Assembly: GCA_033442325.1 (NCBI GenBank)
Contig: JAWQFM010000008.1
Span: 1,720,287-1,784,286, forward strand
DNA length: 64,000 nt
Origin: Salpingoeca rosetta
Lineage: Eukaryota > Protista > Choanoflagellata
Direction of reading: 5' to 3'
The position numbers and the translations under genes are program-made. Shown one piece after another: positions 13,147-40,600 of the stretch. The notes under the pieces are model-generated. The model had not been told where the DNA came from and did no database searches. It saw only the letters and a list, made by a program, of their open reading frames with translations. Numbering within the stretch: position 1 is the stretch's first letter; every line of letters starts with the position of its first letter.

Positions 13147-14954
13147 TCACTCGTCTGTGATGGAGCAGAATGCGTGAAAGAGGCGATCCGAGTTGACGTC
13201 CGTGATGAGCCAGCAGTTGCGCACGCACTTTGTCATGTCCTCAAGGTCAGCAATGGACTGTGAACGCGTCTTGGCACCGGCGAGCTCAACCTCAACGTAG
13301 TGCAGCTGCGCACCCTTCTCCGTCACTGGCGATCGCGTGGTGGTGGTGGTGGTGGTGGTGGTGGTGGTGGTGGTGGTGGTGGTGGGCAGCAGGGTGAGCT
13401 GGAAGAAGGTGTGTTTCGGGGAGAGGGATGGGGCTGCAGAAAGCGGTTTGGTTGTGCTCAACATGCACGTACACACATGCAAACACACACATACACACAC
13501 ACGCACGCACGCACCGATATCAGGGTAGAGGCAAACTGCGGCGGCGAGTGGATCTGCAGGGACAAACGGCCATCCCTCCCGCTCGCACAGCTGCCGGAAT
13601 TGAGGTGTGATGGTTGAAGGTGAGGTGGGGCGTGCATTGTGTGTGTGCGTATGTGTGTGCGTGATTGTGTGTGTGATTGTGTGTGCGTGATTGTGTGTGT
13701 GATTGTGTGTGTGACAAACATATGGGTCTGCAATATGGAATGAAGCGTCAACCATGTAACGGAAGTACGTACAGCGCGGGTGTGGTGCATGATCTTGGTG
13801 ATGAAGGCTGCCTTCTTGGTTGGCTTGTCGCGCCAGGCATGCACGCGATCCCACGGCAGCGCGTGGTCCAGGCACGCCTCCCACGTCACTGTGAGTTGTG
13901 TGTTTCGTTGGTTGTGTGTGTGTGCGTATGTGTGTGTGTGTGTGTGAGTGCAAGGCGGTATCGATTGACGTGAGTTCGTGAACGTGCACTTGAACGTATA
14001 CGCACATGCGTGTGCGAGCATACTCGTGCCCAAGTGCACACGATGCCTGCCCATGTGACCACACACCGAGGACGGGACGCATGAACGCGCGCATGCAGAT
14101 GTCGAGTGCCTCCGGGTCGGCGTGGGCATTGAACTCAGATGACGCGTTGTACGGCACATTGCCGCTGCATGCAATGCAGGAAATGGGAGTGGGGAGAGGA
14201 GATAGACTTGCTGGTGAGTGTTCAAGTCTACACTGATGCAATACAGCGTACCACCGCGAGAACATACAAACCTGTCAATGGAATGTGTGCATTCCTTTGA
14301 TCACCCATAGACACACACACGCACGCACATACACACACGCACACACATGCACCCACCGTGCGCGGTACGTGCCGCCCATGATGAAAAGATGCTTGACGGT
14401 GGCCGGGAACTCGACGTTGAGCCGCGCGGCAATGGCGAGGTTGGTCAGTGGCCCCAGCGCAAGCACTTCAACCGTTGGGTAGCACTCGCCGTGGCCTGGT
14501 CGTGGTCGTGGTCGTGGCAGGGACATTTGGGGGGGGGGGGGGTTGTTGGGGTGGGTGGTGACGATAACAGTGAGCGAGACAGATGCAGATTGATGAATGC
14601 CTCATGCCAATTGAGCAACACTGCACACTTTTGCGCGGACAGAAACAACCAACAACCAACCATACACACTCTGTGCACGCACACACGCACACACGCACGC
14701 ACGCACACATGGCAAACGCACCGATGGTCTCGGCGGCGCGGCGCAGGGACATGATGCGGGAGGAGGTGTCCTTGATGTCGAGATCAATGCGACGCGCGCC
14801 CTCATAGTCGCCCTTGCTCGCCAGCGCTGGCACACCCGACAGCGGACAATGCGATACACGCATGCACACAGGCGTGGTTTTTTGCGCGCGCGTACGTGTG
14901 TGTGCGTGTGTGTGTGTGCGTGCGTGTGTGTGCGTGCGTGCATGCGTGCGTGTG

Positions 14955-14993
<39 letters not shown>

Positions 14994-15430
14994 ATGTGTG
15001 TGTGTGTGTGCATGTGTGTGTGTGTGTGTATGTGCGTGTGTGTGAGGAAGGGGAATGACGGAAACATGAGCAGAAAAAACACGCCAACGAGGATTTAGAT
15101 AAAGATGTAAACGACGATGGTCTCGCTGGCAACGCTGGACACACGTCGTGTTCCAACACAGATTAAGTGCTTACCCTTCATGAACTTGCGCTGCTGCTGC
15201 TCCTTTGTCTCCAGGGCGTCGGCAAGCTGGGCAATGTGCACCTGGTGCACGTTGTCTCCCTGGCATGTGATGGAGAGACACAGCGAACGATCGGTGAACA
15301 CGCGGCGTGTTCATGACGCCCACGCCTCTTTGGTCGAAAGTCACACACGCACATACACACATGACGAATCGACCATGCAACAACAAATGCGTACCATCAC
15401 CACACACACACACCTCCACACACACACCTC

Positions 15431-15463
<33 letters not shown>

Positions 15464-15721
15464 AGTCGCGCGCGCACACACATATACACAGTCGCGCACC
15501 TCTGCCGTTGGCTTGACGCCTTCGCGGCAGATGCGAATGAGGGCGTCAACAGCATTCTCCTCCTGCAGTGGCGGCCACTCGCTCTCCGGCGCCTCGCCTT
15601 TCGTGTCGGCATCGCCGAGTCCGTCTGCACCGTGGAAGAAGCTTGCATCCTCAAGCGGCGCAACCAGCGGGGCAACAGCGCCTGCACAGACAGGTGTGCG
15701 TGTGTGTGCGTGTGGGTGGGT

Positions 15722-15772
<51 letters not shown>

Positions 15773-15988
15773 GCGGTGTACAGTCTGCCTCTTAGAACTG
15801 CCACATGGATCCGTAACGTCTACGAAACTGCAAAGGGTAGAGACCCAAGGTCAACGCGTGCACCGGCTGCCGAGAAGGACCTTCGGGGAGATGGTGATCT
15901 AGCTTGACAACTAATAGTCAACTTGTCAGGCAGTTGCTTAAAAGCCGTCGCGACGACGACGAGTGTGGTGTGTGTGTGTGTGGTGGGT

Positions 15989-16038
<50 letters not shown>

Positions 16039-16600
16039 CGCGGCATGAGTGAGTTGGCAATGCGTGTGTGCGTGTTTGTCAGTGGGGGTGATGGGTTTGC
16101 TACTTTCACGTTGCAGCAGCTAAGCTGAGCACAGGAAGCAAGGTTGTGTTCATCCCATGTTCAACACACAGGCATGATCACAAGTGCGGCTCAATGAACC
16201 TGCAAAGACGGGGATGTCGGTGCGACCGCACAGGGAGAGGACGCGTCGCACGTTGTGGATGACCTGATCGCGGTGGATGTTGCCGTTGACGCAGGTGATG
16301 GCAACGACATCCACGTTGGGGCAGTTCAGGCACATGAGAATGGCCTCCGTGTCATCCGTGCCTGCAATGAGTGGATTGCCATCATCAGCATACATAACAG
16401 TCGCAGACACGGAGACCGTGGTGGTGAATCGGTGATCTTGGAGCAAGCACGCAACAGCAACCCAGGTGCAGAGATGCTTAGCAGAGTTCATGGCTGACAA
16501 ACAGCCCTCCACCCTGTCTTTTCCGCGCCCCCCACCCCAACCAAACACACCAGCATCGCAGTCGATGATCAGCTTGCGGCGAGCTCCGCCATTGCTGTTG

Positions 16601-16683
<83 letters not shown>

Positions 16684-16940
16684 GCAGGCGGAGGAAAAGA
16701 CACACAACAGCAGCAAGCCATTGTCAGCAAGCCAGTGTCCGCAAAGCGAGTGTCAGCGAGCAGCAAGCCTTTCTCTTGAAATGCGTGTGAAGTGTGTTGT
16801 GTCGATCGTAGTTTCAAAACAAAGGCAACAACCATGAGCACGCCAAACACAGCGACGCTGGGCACACACCAGATGGTCTCGCAGAACTCGGCCCAAGACG
16901 AGGCGAGCACCTCCGGCACAGCATCGTTCGTGGACGTCAT
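13147..16940 (-). CDS. Inosine/uridine-preferring nucleoside hydrolase family protein (multi-exon)
   Basis: Spliced motifs KLIIDCDAG|[50 protein letters not shown]...[30 protein letters not shown]; stop at 13147-13149. Confidence 0.9.
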
Positions 16941-17139
16941 GGCTGGTGTGTCGGCTTGTGCCTTGGTGGTGATGGGTGCTGCTGTTGATTGAGACGGGGA
17001 GGGTGTTGGTTTGTCAGCGAGGTCTGTGCCAGTGGAGCCAGTTTGTGAGTACCTTTTGCTCGCTTGCGCTCAAACAACAAAAACAAAAGAAATATGGGTA
17101 TGATTTATTACAATTTTCTGACGGACACCAAAGGCAACG

Positions 17140-18112
17140 ATGATGCGCGTCGCTCCTGATCGCTTCGCATCGCTGGTTCGAGTGGTGGCGACTACAGAAG
17201 ATGGACAAGAAGACGACGTGGTGGTGGAAGAGAGAGTGGTGACAGAAGACGTCGTCGCGGAAGAAGAGACAGTGGTGGGGGAGAGGATGCAGCAAGGAAG
17301 AAGACAAGGACACCAGGGTGAAGGAGAAGCAGAAACAGAAGCGAAAGAAGGACAAGAGCACGGGAGAAACGAAGTAGTAGTTGGCGGTGGTGATGGTTTT
17401 GACGACACAAGCGATGCACGAACAACCGCCACAGAGAGCAGCAAACACAGCAACAGCTGCGTGGATGGGATTTCACGAGAAGAAGTCGGGCTCGAGTGGC
17501 CAACACGACAGAGGGTCGAGCGTATCGCCTTTGACGGCGTATGGTGCAGTGTGGAGCTGTACGGCAACGACGGCTTCATCAAGAGCGTGCGGCACCCAGA
17601 CCGCACGCACCGATATCGCGTGACAACCCCGCTGCGGACGGTGACCACAAAGCTGACCGCTGTGGTGGTTATGCTGGCCTCTGCGCCGCGCCGTGGGTGC
17701 CTGTTTGGGATTACCGTCACGGCAACGCCCATGGATGACGCGGATGCAGGTGGCCTGGCCGCCATGGCCGGCATGGGCATGGGCGGCAGTGTTGACTTTG
17801 CCCGTGTGAAGCACCTCCTGGCAGATACCAGCCTGACGCCGCAAGCATCGCATCTCCTGGCCATGGCCCAAGCCACGTCGTCATCGCCCTCACCCATGTT
17901 TGGAGATGCCCTGGGATCCATTGCTGCTTCTGCGATGCAGAGCCACCCCGCGCTTATGCAGCTCTTGCAGCAGCAGCAGCAGCAGCAGCAAGGCGGCAAG
18001 GTGAAGGGGGGAGGTCAGGACGACAAGCAAGGCAGTAACGTGCAGCAGTCCTCAGCAGCGACAGCGACACGAGCAAAGGATGCCACACACCAAGCAGCGC
18101 CGTCAGCACGGC

Positions 18113-18185
<73 letters not shown>

Positions 18186-18601
18186 GCAGCAGCAGCAGCA
18201 GCAACAACAACAACAACAACAACTGGTGCCAGCACTGGATGTTGGTCTTCACGAGCGACTGGCGGCGCTTGAACGGCAACAGGCAGAGACAAACCGCTTG
18301 CTGCTGACCATCATCGATAACCAAACTACCCAAACGGTATTGTATGGTGTGTGTGTGTGTGTGTGTGTTGTGTGTGGTGCAATACGTTGTATTGTGATGC
18401 TGTCATGGCTGCGTGACGCCGTGACTGGCTGTTCATCAACACTGTTGTTGTTGTGTCTTTGTTTGTTTTCTTCTTCGTCCTGCTCATCTTTACGCCACAC
18501 AAACGGACACATACATACACACACCACAGAGGCTATTCCAGCAATTCCTCGCTCTTGGATCACTCTTCAACAACCAGCTAGCAGCAAGCAGCCACCAATA
18601 A
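17140..18601 (+). CDS. Putative C10orf88/PAAT-like protein (exons ~17140-18336, 18530-18601)
   Basis: Long open exon with a beta-rich segment (VELYGNDGFIKSVR...), SVDFARVKHLLADTSLTPQASHLLAMAQ (recalls C10orf88 IDLDKVQ..LSPGAQQLM), polyQ and a C-terminal coiled coil (LHERLAALERQQ). The gene is likely real; its identity is tentative. Confidence 0.5.
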
Positions 18602-18617
18602 TTGTTCCAATTGTTCC

Positions 18618-18706
<89 letters not shown>

Positions 18707-19244
18707 GCACAAAGCGACTGAATTCAGTCATGTGCCTCTCGCACGCCAATTGGTTGGTATCATTGTAAAAGTTCTTACCAACGCTGACACACAACTTCGC
18801 CACTGGAAGGAGCGAGCGAAGCAAACGAACAGCACATTCCAACATCGCCATGGGGTCCACGACAACGGCTGGGCGCCACCTGCAGGCCTGACAGACAACG
18901 ATGCACACAAACAGCGCAGCAACCACTCCTTCCTCTCCTGCGGGTGTGCTAGCTGGCTGGGGATCCATTCTGACTGTGAGGTGTTGTGTTTGTGTCGGCA
19001 ACGCAGCAGCACCAGCACCCCAGAAACCAAGCGAGAGCGAGTGAGCGAACGAGCGAGTCGGCACCATCTCCTCCCAAAACCCCTCAAAGCTCAATACCCA
19101 AAGCTTCCTCCTTGTCACCAGACGAGCATCTCCCATTACCCGCAACACCATCCATCAGCTATCCAGCCTGAAGTGAACAGCTCCCGTCAAGAGTGTTGCT
19201 ACGTCTCAACTCACCAAGGAAACCGGCAGCCCAAGTGCTGCGCC

Positions 19245-34210
<14,966 letters not shown>

Positions 34211-34320
34211 CGCTCCTTCTTGAGTCCTCCCAAAGTCCTTCCTCTTGCTCTTCTGTGGGTTTCTGTTTCTCGCACTTTCCTCCTCCTTCTTCTTCAAACA
34301 CAAACAAAACACCACCCAAG

Positions 34321-34683
34321 ATGGCAGTGGCTCGCTCCCCGCTGCGGAGACGTTGTTATTCATTTTCTCCTGCTGCTTCTTCTGTTTCTTCTTCTTCTTC
34401 TTCTGTTGTGCTTGCTGTTGTGGCGGTGGTCCCGCTGCTCGCTTTAGCTGTTGGTGTGCCACCACCTGTTGTACATGCCAGTGGAACTGGTGGCGATGTT
34501 GGCATCCTGTATGAAGTGTGGCACACGCGTGCCGCACAGGCCATGAAGAAAGTGGGTTCTGTGTTGTGTGAAACAACTGACTGGCAGTGACGACATTGGG
34601 TGCGTGGGTGCGTGGGTGCGTAGTGTGTGAGGCTGACAATCAGCTGTGGGGTTGAACGGCACACACACACACATATGCATGCG

Positions 34684-34763
<80 letters not shown>

Positions 34764-35124
34764 TGCGCCGACCAAATAGGTGCGGCAACTTGGAGGCACG
34801 CAGCTGACCACGGAACTGGTGCTTCGAAGCAACGGCTCACTGACACTGGACGACGTGTACACCAAGTACAACATGAGCGCTGACATCTATAACGTGCAAC
34901 CACAGCTTGGCTTCTACTGCCTGTACCGTAAACGGCCCAACGACACCAACCCACCTGTGGACGACTGCGACAACATCACGCACGTAAGCCCTGTCAACAA
35001 GTTCCCTGTTCTTCCTTGCTTGTGAGCGCCCTCTTGTGCGTGGCACTGCTTCAGCAAAAGGGCAGCGCTGTCTCTTGCCATACCCTCCATACTCTGTACA
35101 ACTGGCGACCACGCGCTCACCCTT

Positions 35125-35183
<59 letters not shown>

Positions 35184-36582
35184 GGCGAGCGTGCACGCCA
35201 AGCTGCTGGTGCAAGCGCACGTCGACTATGTGGCCGTGGATGTGACCAACTGGCCGTCCTTCAACACGGAGACGGACATTGCTGTGATCCGGCCAACGGA
35301 GGTGCTGTTTGAGGAGTGGCTTGCTTTGCGCAAACAGGGCCAGCCCACGCCACAGATTGCCATCTGGGTGTGCAGCCCAAGCAACTCCACAACCTGGCGG
35401 TACATGCTGCAACACATCTACAACAACCCGCGCTATGCGGAGCTCGTGTACAAGCGCGACGGCAAGATGGCTTTCTTCCTCCCATACCGCCCGGGCTCCT
35501 GCTACAGCGCCAGCGAGGAGGCGCTCATACAGAGCAACTTTGGCGGCAACAACGTCACCACCATCAAGATGTGGGCGCTGTTTGGCGCCGACACATACAC
35601 GCAGGACGTCTGGGGCTTCTTTTCGCCGTGCGTGTCGCAGCGCACAGGCAAATACACCTCGTCCATGGTCGGAGAGGGCGACTGCAACCAGTACCCCACG
35701 ACCACAGGCGCCAGCGGGCCCGTGCAGGAGGTCACGGCCTCTGGTTCGTACATGCTGAGCGAGACGGCGCTCCCCTTTGCGTCGCCCGGCCACATGCGCG
35801 GCCTCACCCTGCAGCGGCTGTTCAAGAAGGTGCTGTCGCAGCGCGCGCCAAGCCTCTTCCTCTCGTCCTTCAACGAGCACATTGGCGGGCGCCAGGCACC
35901 GTCGTCACCGGCCAAGATTGCGTTCAACATGGGTCTGCCCAACGACCCGCAGCGCAACGCAGTGTGGGTTGACACCTACGGCAGCGAGTTCAGCCGCGAC
36001 GTGGAGCCCACGGTGGAAGGCGGTGCGCGCACATACCAGGTGCTGGTGGCGTGTGTTGCCTTGTACAAGGCAGGGCAGACGTGCGCGAATGAGCCCACCT
36101 CCATCTGCTGCACCACCGCCGACAAGGAGGTGTGGACCAACGTGTGGTCACTCGCCAACCCGCAGGCCACAGACGCCCTTGTCACCGCCAGTGAGAATGA
36201 GCGTGACACGCTGGTGCAGCAGGGGTGGAAGGAGGTGTGCACCCCAATTCCGGGGCCGTCGGTCTTCTGCGTGGAGGCGAACAACCACGATGGGCGTGAC
36301 GGGCCGTTCATGCTGTACAACGCGGCGCAGCCAAACAACAGCACAAAGCCCATCTACCGCTGCTACAACGCCACCCAAGGCCTGCACCTGATCAGCGATG
36401 ACCCAAAGTGTGAGGGCTTAGGCGCCATGGAGATGCTGCTCGGTTACGCGTCACGTGGACCAGGTGGCGAGACGTTGCGCGCGCTGCGGCGTTGTCGCTC
36501 CGCTGCGTCCCCAGCGCTCTCGCACGCGCTTGATCTCGCCTGCGACCACAATGACAGCCACGTCCTTGGCTTTGTCCGCTAG
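34321..36582 (+). CDS. Secreted GH99/GH71-like glycoside hydrolase with C-terminal repeat domain (exons 34321-34550, 34780-34983, 35182-36582)
   Basis: Signal/anchor VVLAVVAVVPLLALAVG; VGILYEVWH, PQLGFYC, HAKLLVQAHVDYVAVDVTN, SSFNEH, DTYGSEFSRDVEP; C-terminal ERDTLVQQGW..PIYRCYN..H..EGLGAMEMLLGY repeats. Confidence 0.65.
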
Positions 36583-36609
36583 TGCCGCGGTGAGTGTGTG
36601 CGCGTGTGC

Positions 36610-36676
<67 letters not shown>

Positions 36677-36754
36677 TGTGTGTGTTCGAAGCGCTGTTGA
36701 TCATGCCCTTCGCTCAGGCGGTCTCGCAGCTGATGGCTGCGTTATTTCGGCTGC

Positions 36755-36863
36755 TTCCTTCCTTCCTTTCTTCCTTCCTTTCTTCCTTCCTTCCTTCCTT
36801 CCTTCCTTCCTTCCTTCCTTTCTTCCTTCCTTCCTTCCTTCCTTCCTTCCTTCCTTCCTTCCT
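36755..36863. repeat. (TTCC)n microsatellite, intergenic
   Basis: Directly visible. Confidence 0.9.
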
Positions 36864-37653
36864 TATTTCCACTTTGTCTCTTGCCTTTTTCCCTTCCCCC
36901 ACCTCCTCCTTCACACGCGTGATCTTTGAGCGGCGCATCAGAAGCTGCCCTGGGCACTGGTTCAGGTGAACCCGACGTTCACCATGCTCGGTGGCCGCTT
37001 CGGTGTGGTGTTGCTGTTACGCTTCACGCGAATACCGTTCACCACAGGGTTGTGATTGGAGTTCGGGTGCTGTCGGCTCTATTGTCTCATCTGACATGCA
37101 CTTTAGAGCCAGTCGTACACTCTTCCCACACCCGCATGCACCACAACCACAGGCACCCTTTGCACGCATGCTACAATGCAAAGACAAATGAATGTCCTCA
37201 CATCACACAACCACACACGCACAAACGCATGTACACTACAGGTTCTACATGCTGCTCACGACGCTGATGATGATGATGCTCATGTTAATCATGATGGTGA
37301 TCATGATTTGGTTGCATTATTTCGTCCCTGATTTGCCTGTTTGTTTGCCTGTGTTATCCTTCCTCCCTTCCTCCCAATCCCTCCTTCCTTGCCTGCTTTG
37401 CCTCCCTCCCACTCCCGTGTGCTCCCCCAAGATGAACAACGCAAGCGAAAGAGAGTGATGTGACATGTCTTGTAACGTGTTGACACACCCAAAGCGCTCA
37501 AACAAGCAAGCAAACAAAGCAACAAGAAGTGTCAGTGCCACCGCACAAAACCACGCAATTCTCGCGCGAAAAAACAGACGACACAACACCGCTTACAGAC
37601 AACCCCCTTTGTGCCCGCATCCACCACTGCTTGCTTGTTTCTCGACGACGACA

Positions 37654-40600
37654 ATGACGTCTGTGAGCCTCGAGGGCCGTGTTCAGGCCGTGCTACGCCG
37701 TGCCCTAGGCGAAGCTGTTGTTGAGCGCCTCGGTGTGGAGGCTGTGCAGGTCATCCAACAGGAGCTGGCCCAGGTTGTGGACGAATGCGTCGCCACGCAA
37801 GTTGCACTGCTCACGGCACCCCGCACACGTGCGGACAGCACAGACGCCAACAAGGACAGCCAGGCAAAGGCCATCGACACAGCCACCTCAGACGCCGCTG
37901 CTGCTGGAGATGATGAGCACGATGGCGCTGCTGTCGTTGCCGAGCCCACGGCAGCCGCGGTCAGCAAGACCAAGAAGAAGAGGCAGCGCCGGCGCAGGAA
38001 GAACAAGGGCGCAGATGCCGACGCAGCAACAGACACGGCGGTCGACACCAGAACCACGACCGCTGGACTTACAGTGACTGACGAGGATGCCCCCGCTGCT
38101 GTTGCGGACACCACCGCTTCTACACCAACAGCGACCAAACAAGAGGACATGCCTCAGCAGCAGCAGCAGCAGCAGCAGCCCGCTGCATCCACCAAGGTGT
38201 CCGCTGCCGACGCAGACGCAAACCCGAGTGGTGAGGCCGATACAACAACCCCTATGCCGGCTCCCGAGGCGACTGCGAACAAGCCTGATACAGCTATGGC
38301 CACCAGCGCAAAACCCCAGCGCAAGCAAGGTCGCCGCAACCGCAACCGCAACCGCAACCGCAACCGCAACAACACCAGCAGCAACAAGCCAAGCGCCAGC
38401 GAGCGTGCTGTCGAAGCTGAAGCTCCCACGTCTTCCAAACAACAGGAGCAGCAGCAGCAACCGCCCACATCCACAGCACCACCATGTGTCGATGAGACAA
38501 ACACCACCGCAACCGCCACCACCGAAAGTACTGATGCGAACGAGACGGATGCAGCGCCTGCGCCTGCGACACCGGCATCGGCAGAGACAACTGAGCCGCA
38601 ACAAGACCCCAAGGCCGAGCTGCTGGAGCAACTACAGCAGCTGAAGGCGTGCGAGAACGCTGTTGCCGCAGCCAACGCCCTGGCGTCCTTGTGCGCGCAG
38701 GTGGCCAACAACGACAAGCACTGCGCCATTGCCAGCAAGATGGGTGCTGTGGAAGCAACCCTGGATGCCCTGCAGGCATTTGAGGGTGCCGGTGCCGTGC
38801 GCGTGCAAGCGCTGCACGTGCTGCAGGCACTGCTGACCATACGCACCGGCCGTGACCGCATTGCCGCACATACCCGCGGCATTGACACGCTGCTGGCGTT
38901 CCAGCGCAGCAGCAACAGCGTGCAGCGCCTGGCTGCCACCTCCCTCTTGCTCCGCCTCACCAGCATCCAGCGCCTGGTCCCTGTGCTTGGCCGCAAGGGT
39001 GCCATGCAGAGCACAGCCGATGCCCTCCTCGCCACCAAGGGCAACCATCCCGACATGCAGGAGACGTGCCTGGTGCTGCTTGCGCGCCTCGCCAACGTTG
39101 GCGGCGGCTCCGGCGCGATGGCACGCGGCCCTGCCCCTGTCGGCACGGTGCGGCAGTGGCCTGCGGTGCTTAGGGCGGCAACTTCAGCTATGGACGCCAG
39201 CCCAGAGCGCGTGCAAACGCAGGAGGCTGGCGTTGCTTTGTTGCGGTTCTTTGACCGCAGCTTGGGCACCGCCGTACGCCCCGTCATCTCTGCGCTTCTG
39301 CACCATCCAAACAATCGCATCATCCAGGAGCACACGTCTGCTTATCTGTGCAATGCCCTGCAAACGAAGAACAACACCCAGCTGCGGGCTGGCCTGATCA
39401 AGACAAATGTTGTCTCGAAGCTCCTGTCGTTATGGCTTCTGCCCCAGCAACAACACGAACAACATGAGCAGGGGGAGGAGAAGACAGCAGGCGCGGATAG
39501 CGCCGCTTCCTCGGGCTCCAGGCGCCGTGGCACGCGTGGCAGGCGTCGCAACAACACCAGCAACACCAACAACGCCAACAGCAGTCAGGTCAAGAACATC
39601 GGTGCGCGGACTGCACTGGTTTCCAGTATCATGTTGAATCTGGCGTTGATTGTGCAGCGGTACGGGGAGGAAGACCTGACGCACCCCATCTTCGCGCCAG
39701 AAGTGATCGCGGGTGTCCTGCTGCACATGCAGCGGCACCGGGCCTCCACCGCTGTGCAGCAGGAGGGCCTGCGCCTGCTCGCTGCCGTCACCCGCCCCCA
39801 GCGCGGAACACCAACGCAGCGCGCGCGGGCGGCGGCGCTTGCCCTGTTGGACGGCAATGGCGACGGTGTGCGGGTCGTCACAGCGGCCATGCAGGCCACA
39901 GCGGCGCACGCGGATGCCCAGCTGTTTGCATGCCGGCTCCTGCTGAACCTCATGGACGCTGTTCGCGGCAACCGCAGCACAGCCGCTGCCGCCTTGCTCA
40001 CCCCAGAGCTGGCCCGCTGCTGCGTTGCCGCCATCAACAAGCACACGCACGTCAAGCCCCTTGTCCGTGCCGCGTGCACGCTTCTCTCCCGCGCCGTCGC
40101 CCCACCAGCAGCGCCACAGCACGGCAAGCCTGGTGCCAAGGGCGCAAAGGAAGGCGCAACAGCCCACAATGCAACTGCCAGCACCAGCACCAGCGCTTCA
40201 ACGAGTGCAGGCGCAAGTGCAGATACGAGCGCAGCATCAAGTGCCCCCGGCACGCCGCCGCCGCTGACATCTGTTGAGGAGACGCTGCTGTCGCTCAAGA
40301 ACTTTGAGGCCGTCAACGCCGCCATGCACGCGCTGCAGAGCGCAGACAAGGACTCTGCCATCCAGGCCAATGCCGTGGCGCTGCTGCTGCTCCTGTGCAA
40401 GACGCAGGCCGCTGTCCACGCCGTGTCCACGCACCGCGCGCTGCCTGCCCTGCTGGCCACGCTGCAGCAGCACCTCAAGGACCGCGCCCGCCGCGCCACT
40501 GCATCGCAGCTGCTGTTGGCCATTGCCGAGCACGGCCGCCCCACCGCCGTCATGCAGGCAGGCGGCCTGCGTATCCTGTGCGACATGCTGCTGCAGCGCG

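Noticed and set aside
15770-15960. Identity as U1 snRNA, group I intron or TPP riboswitch
   Set aside because: Only short chance-level word matches; core motifs (U1 5' ACUUACCUG and Sm site, TPP CUGAGA) are absent.
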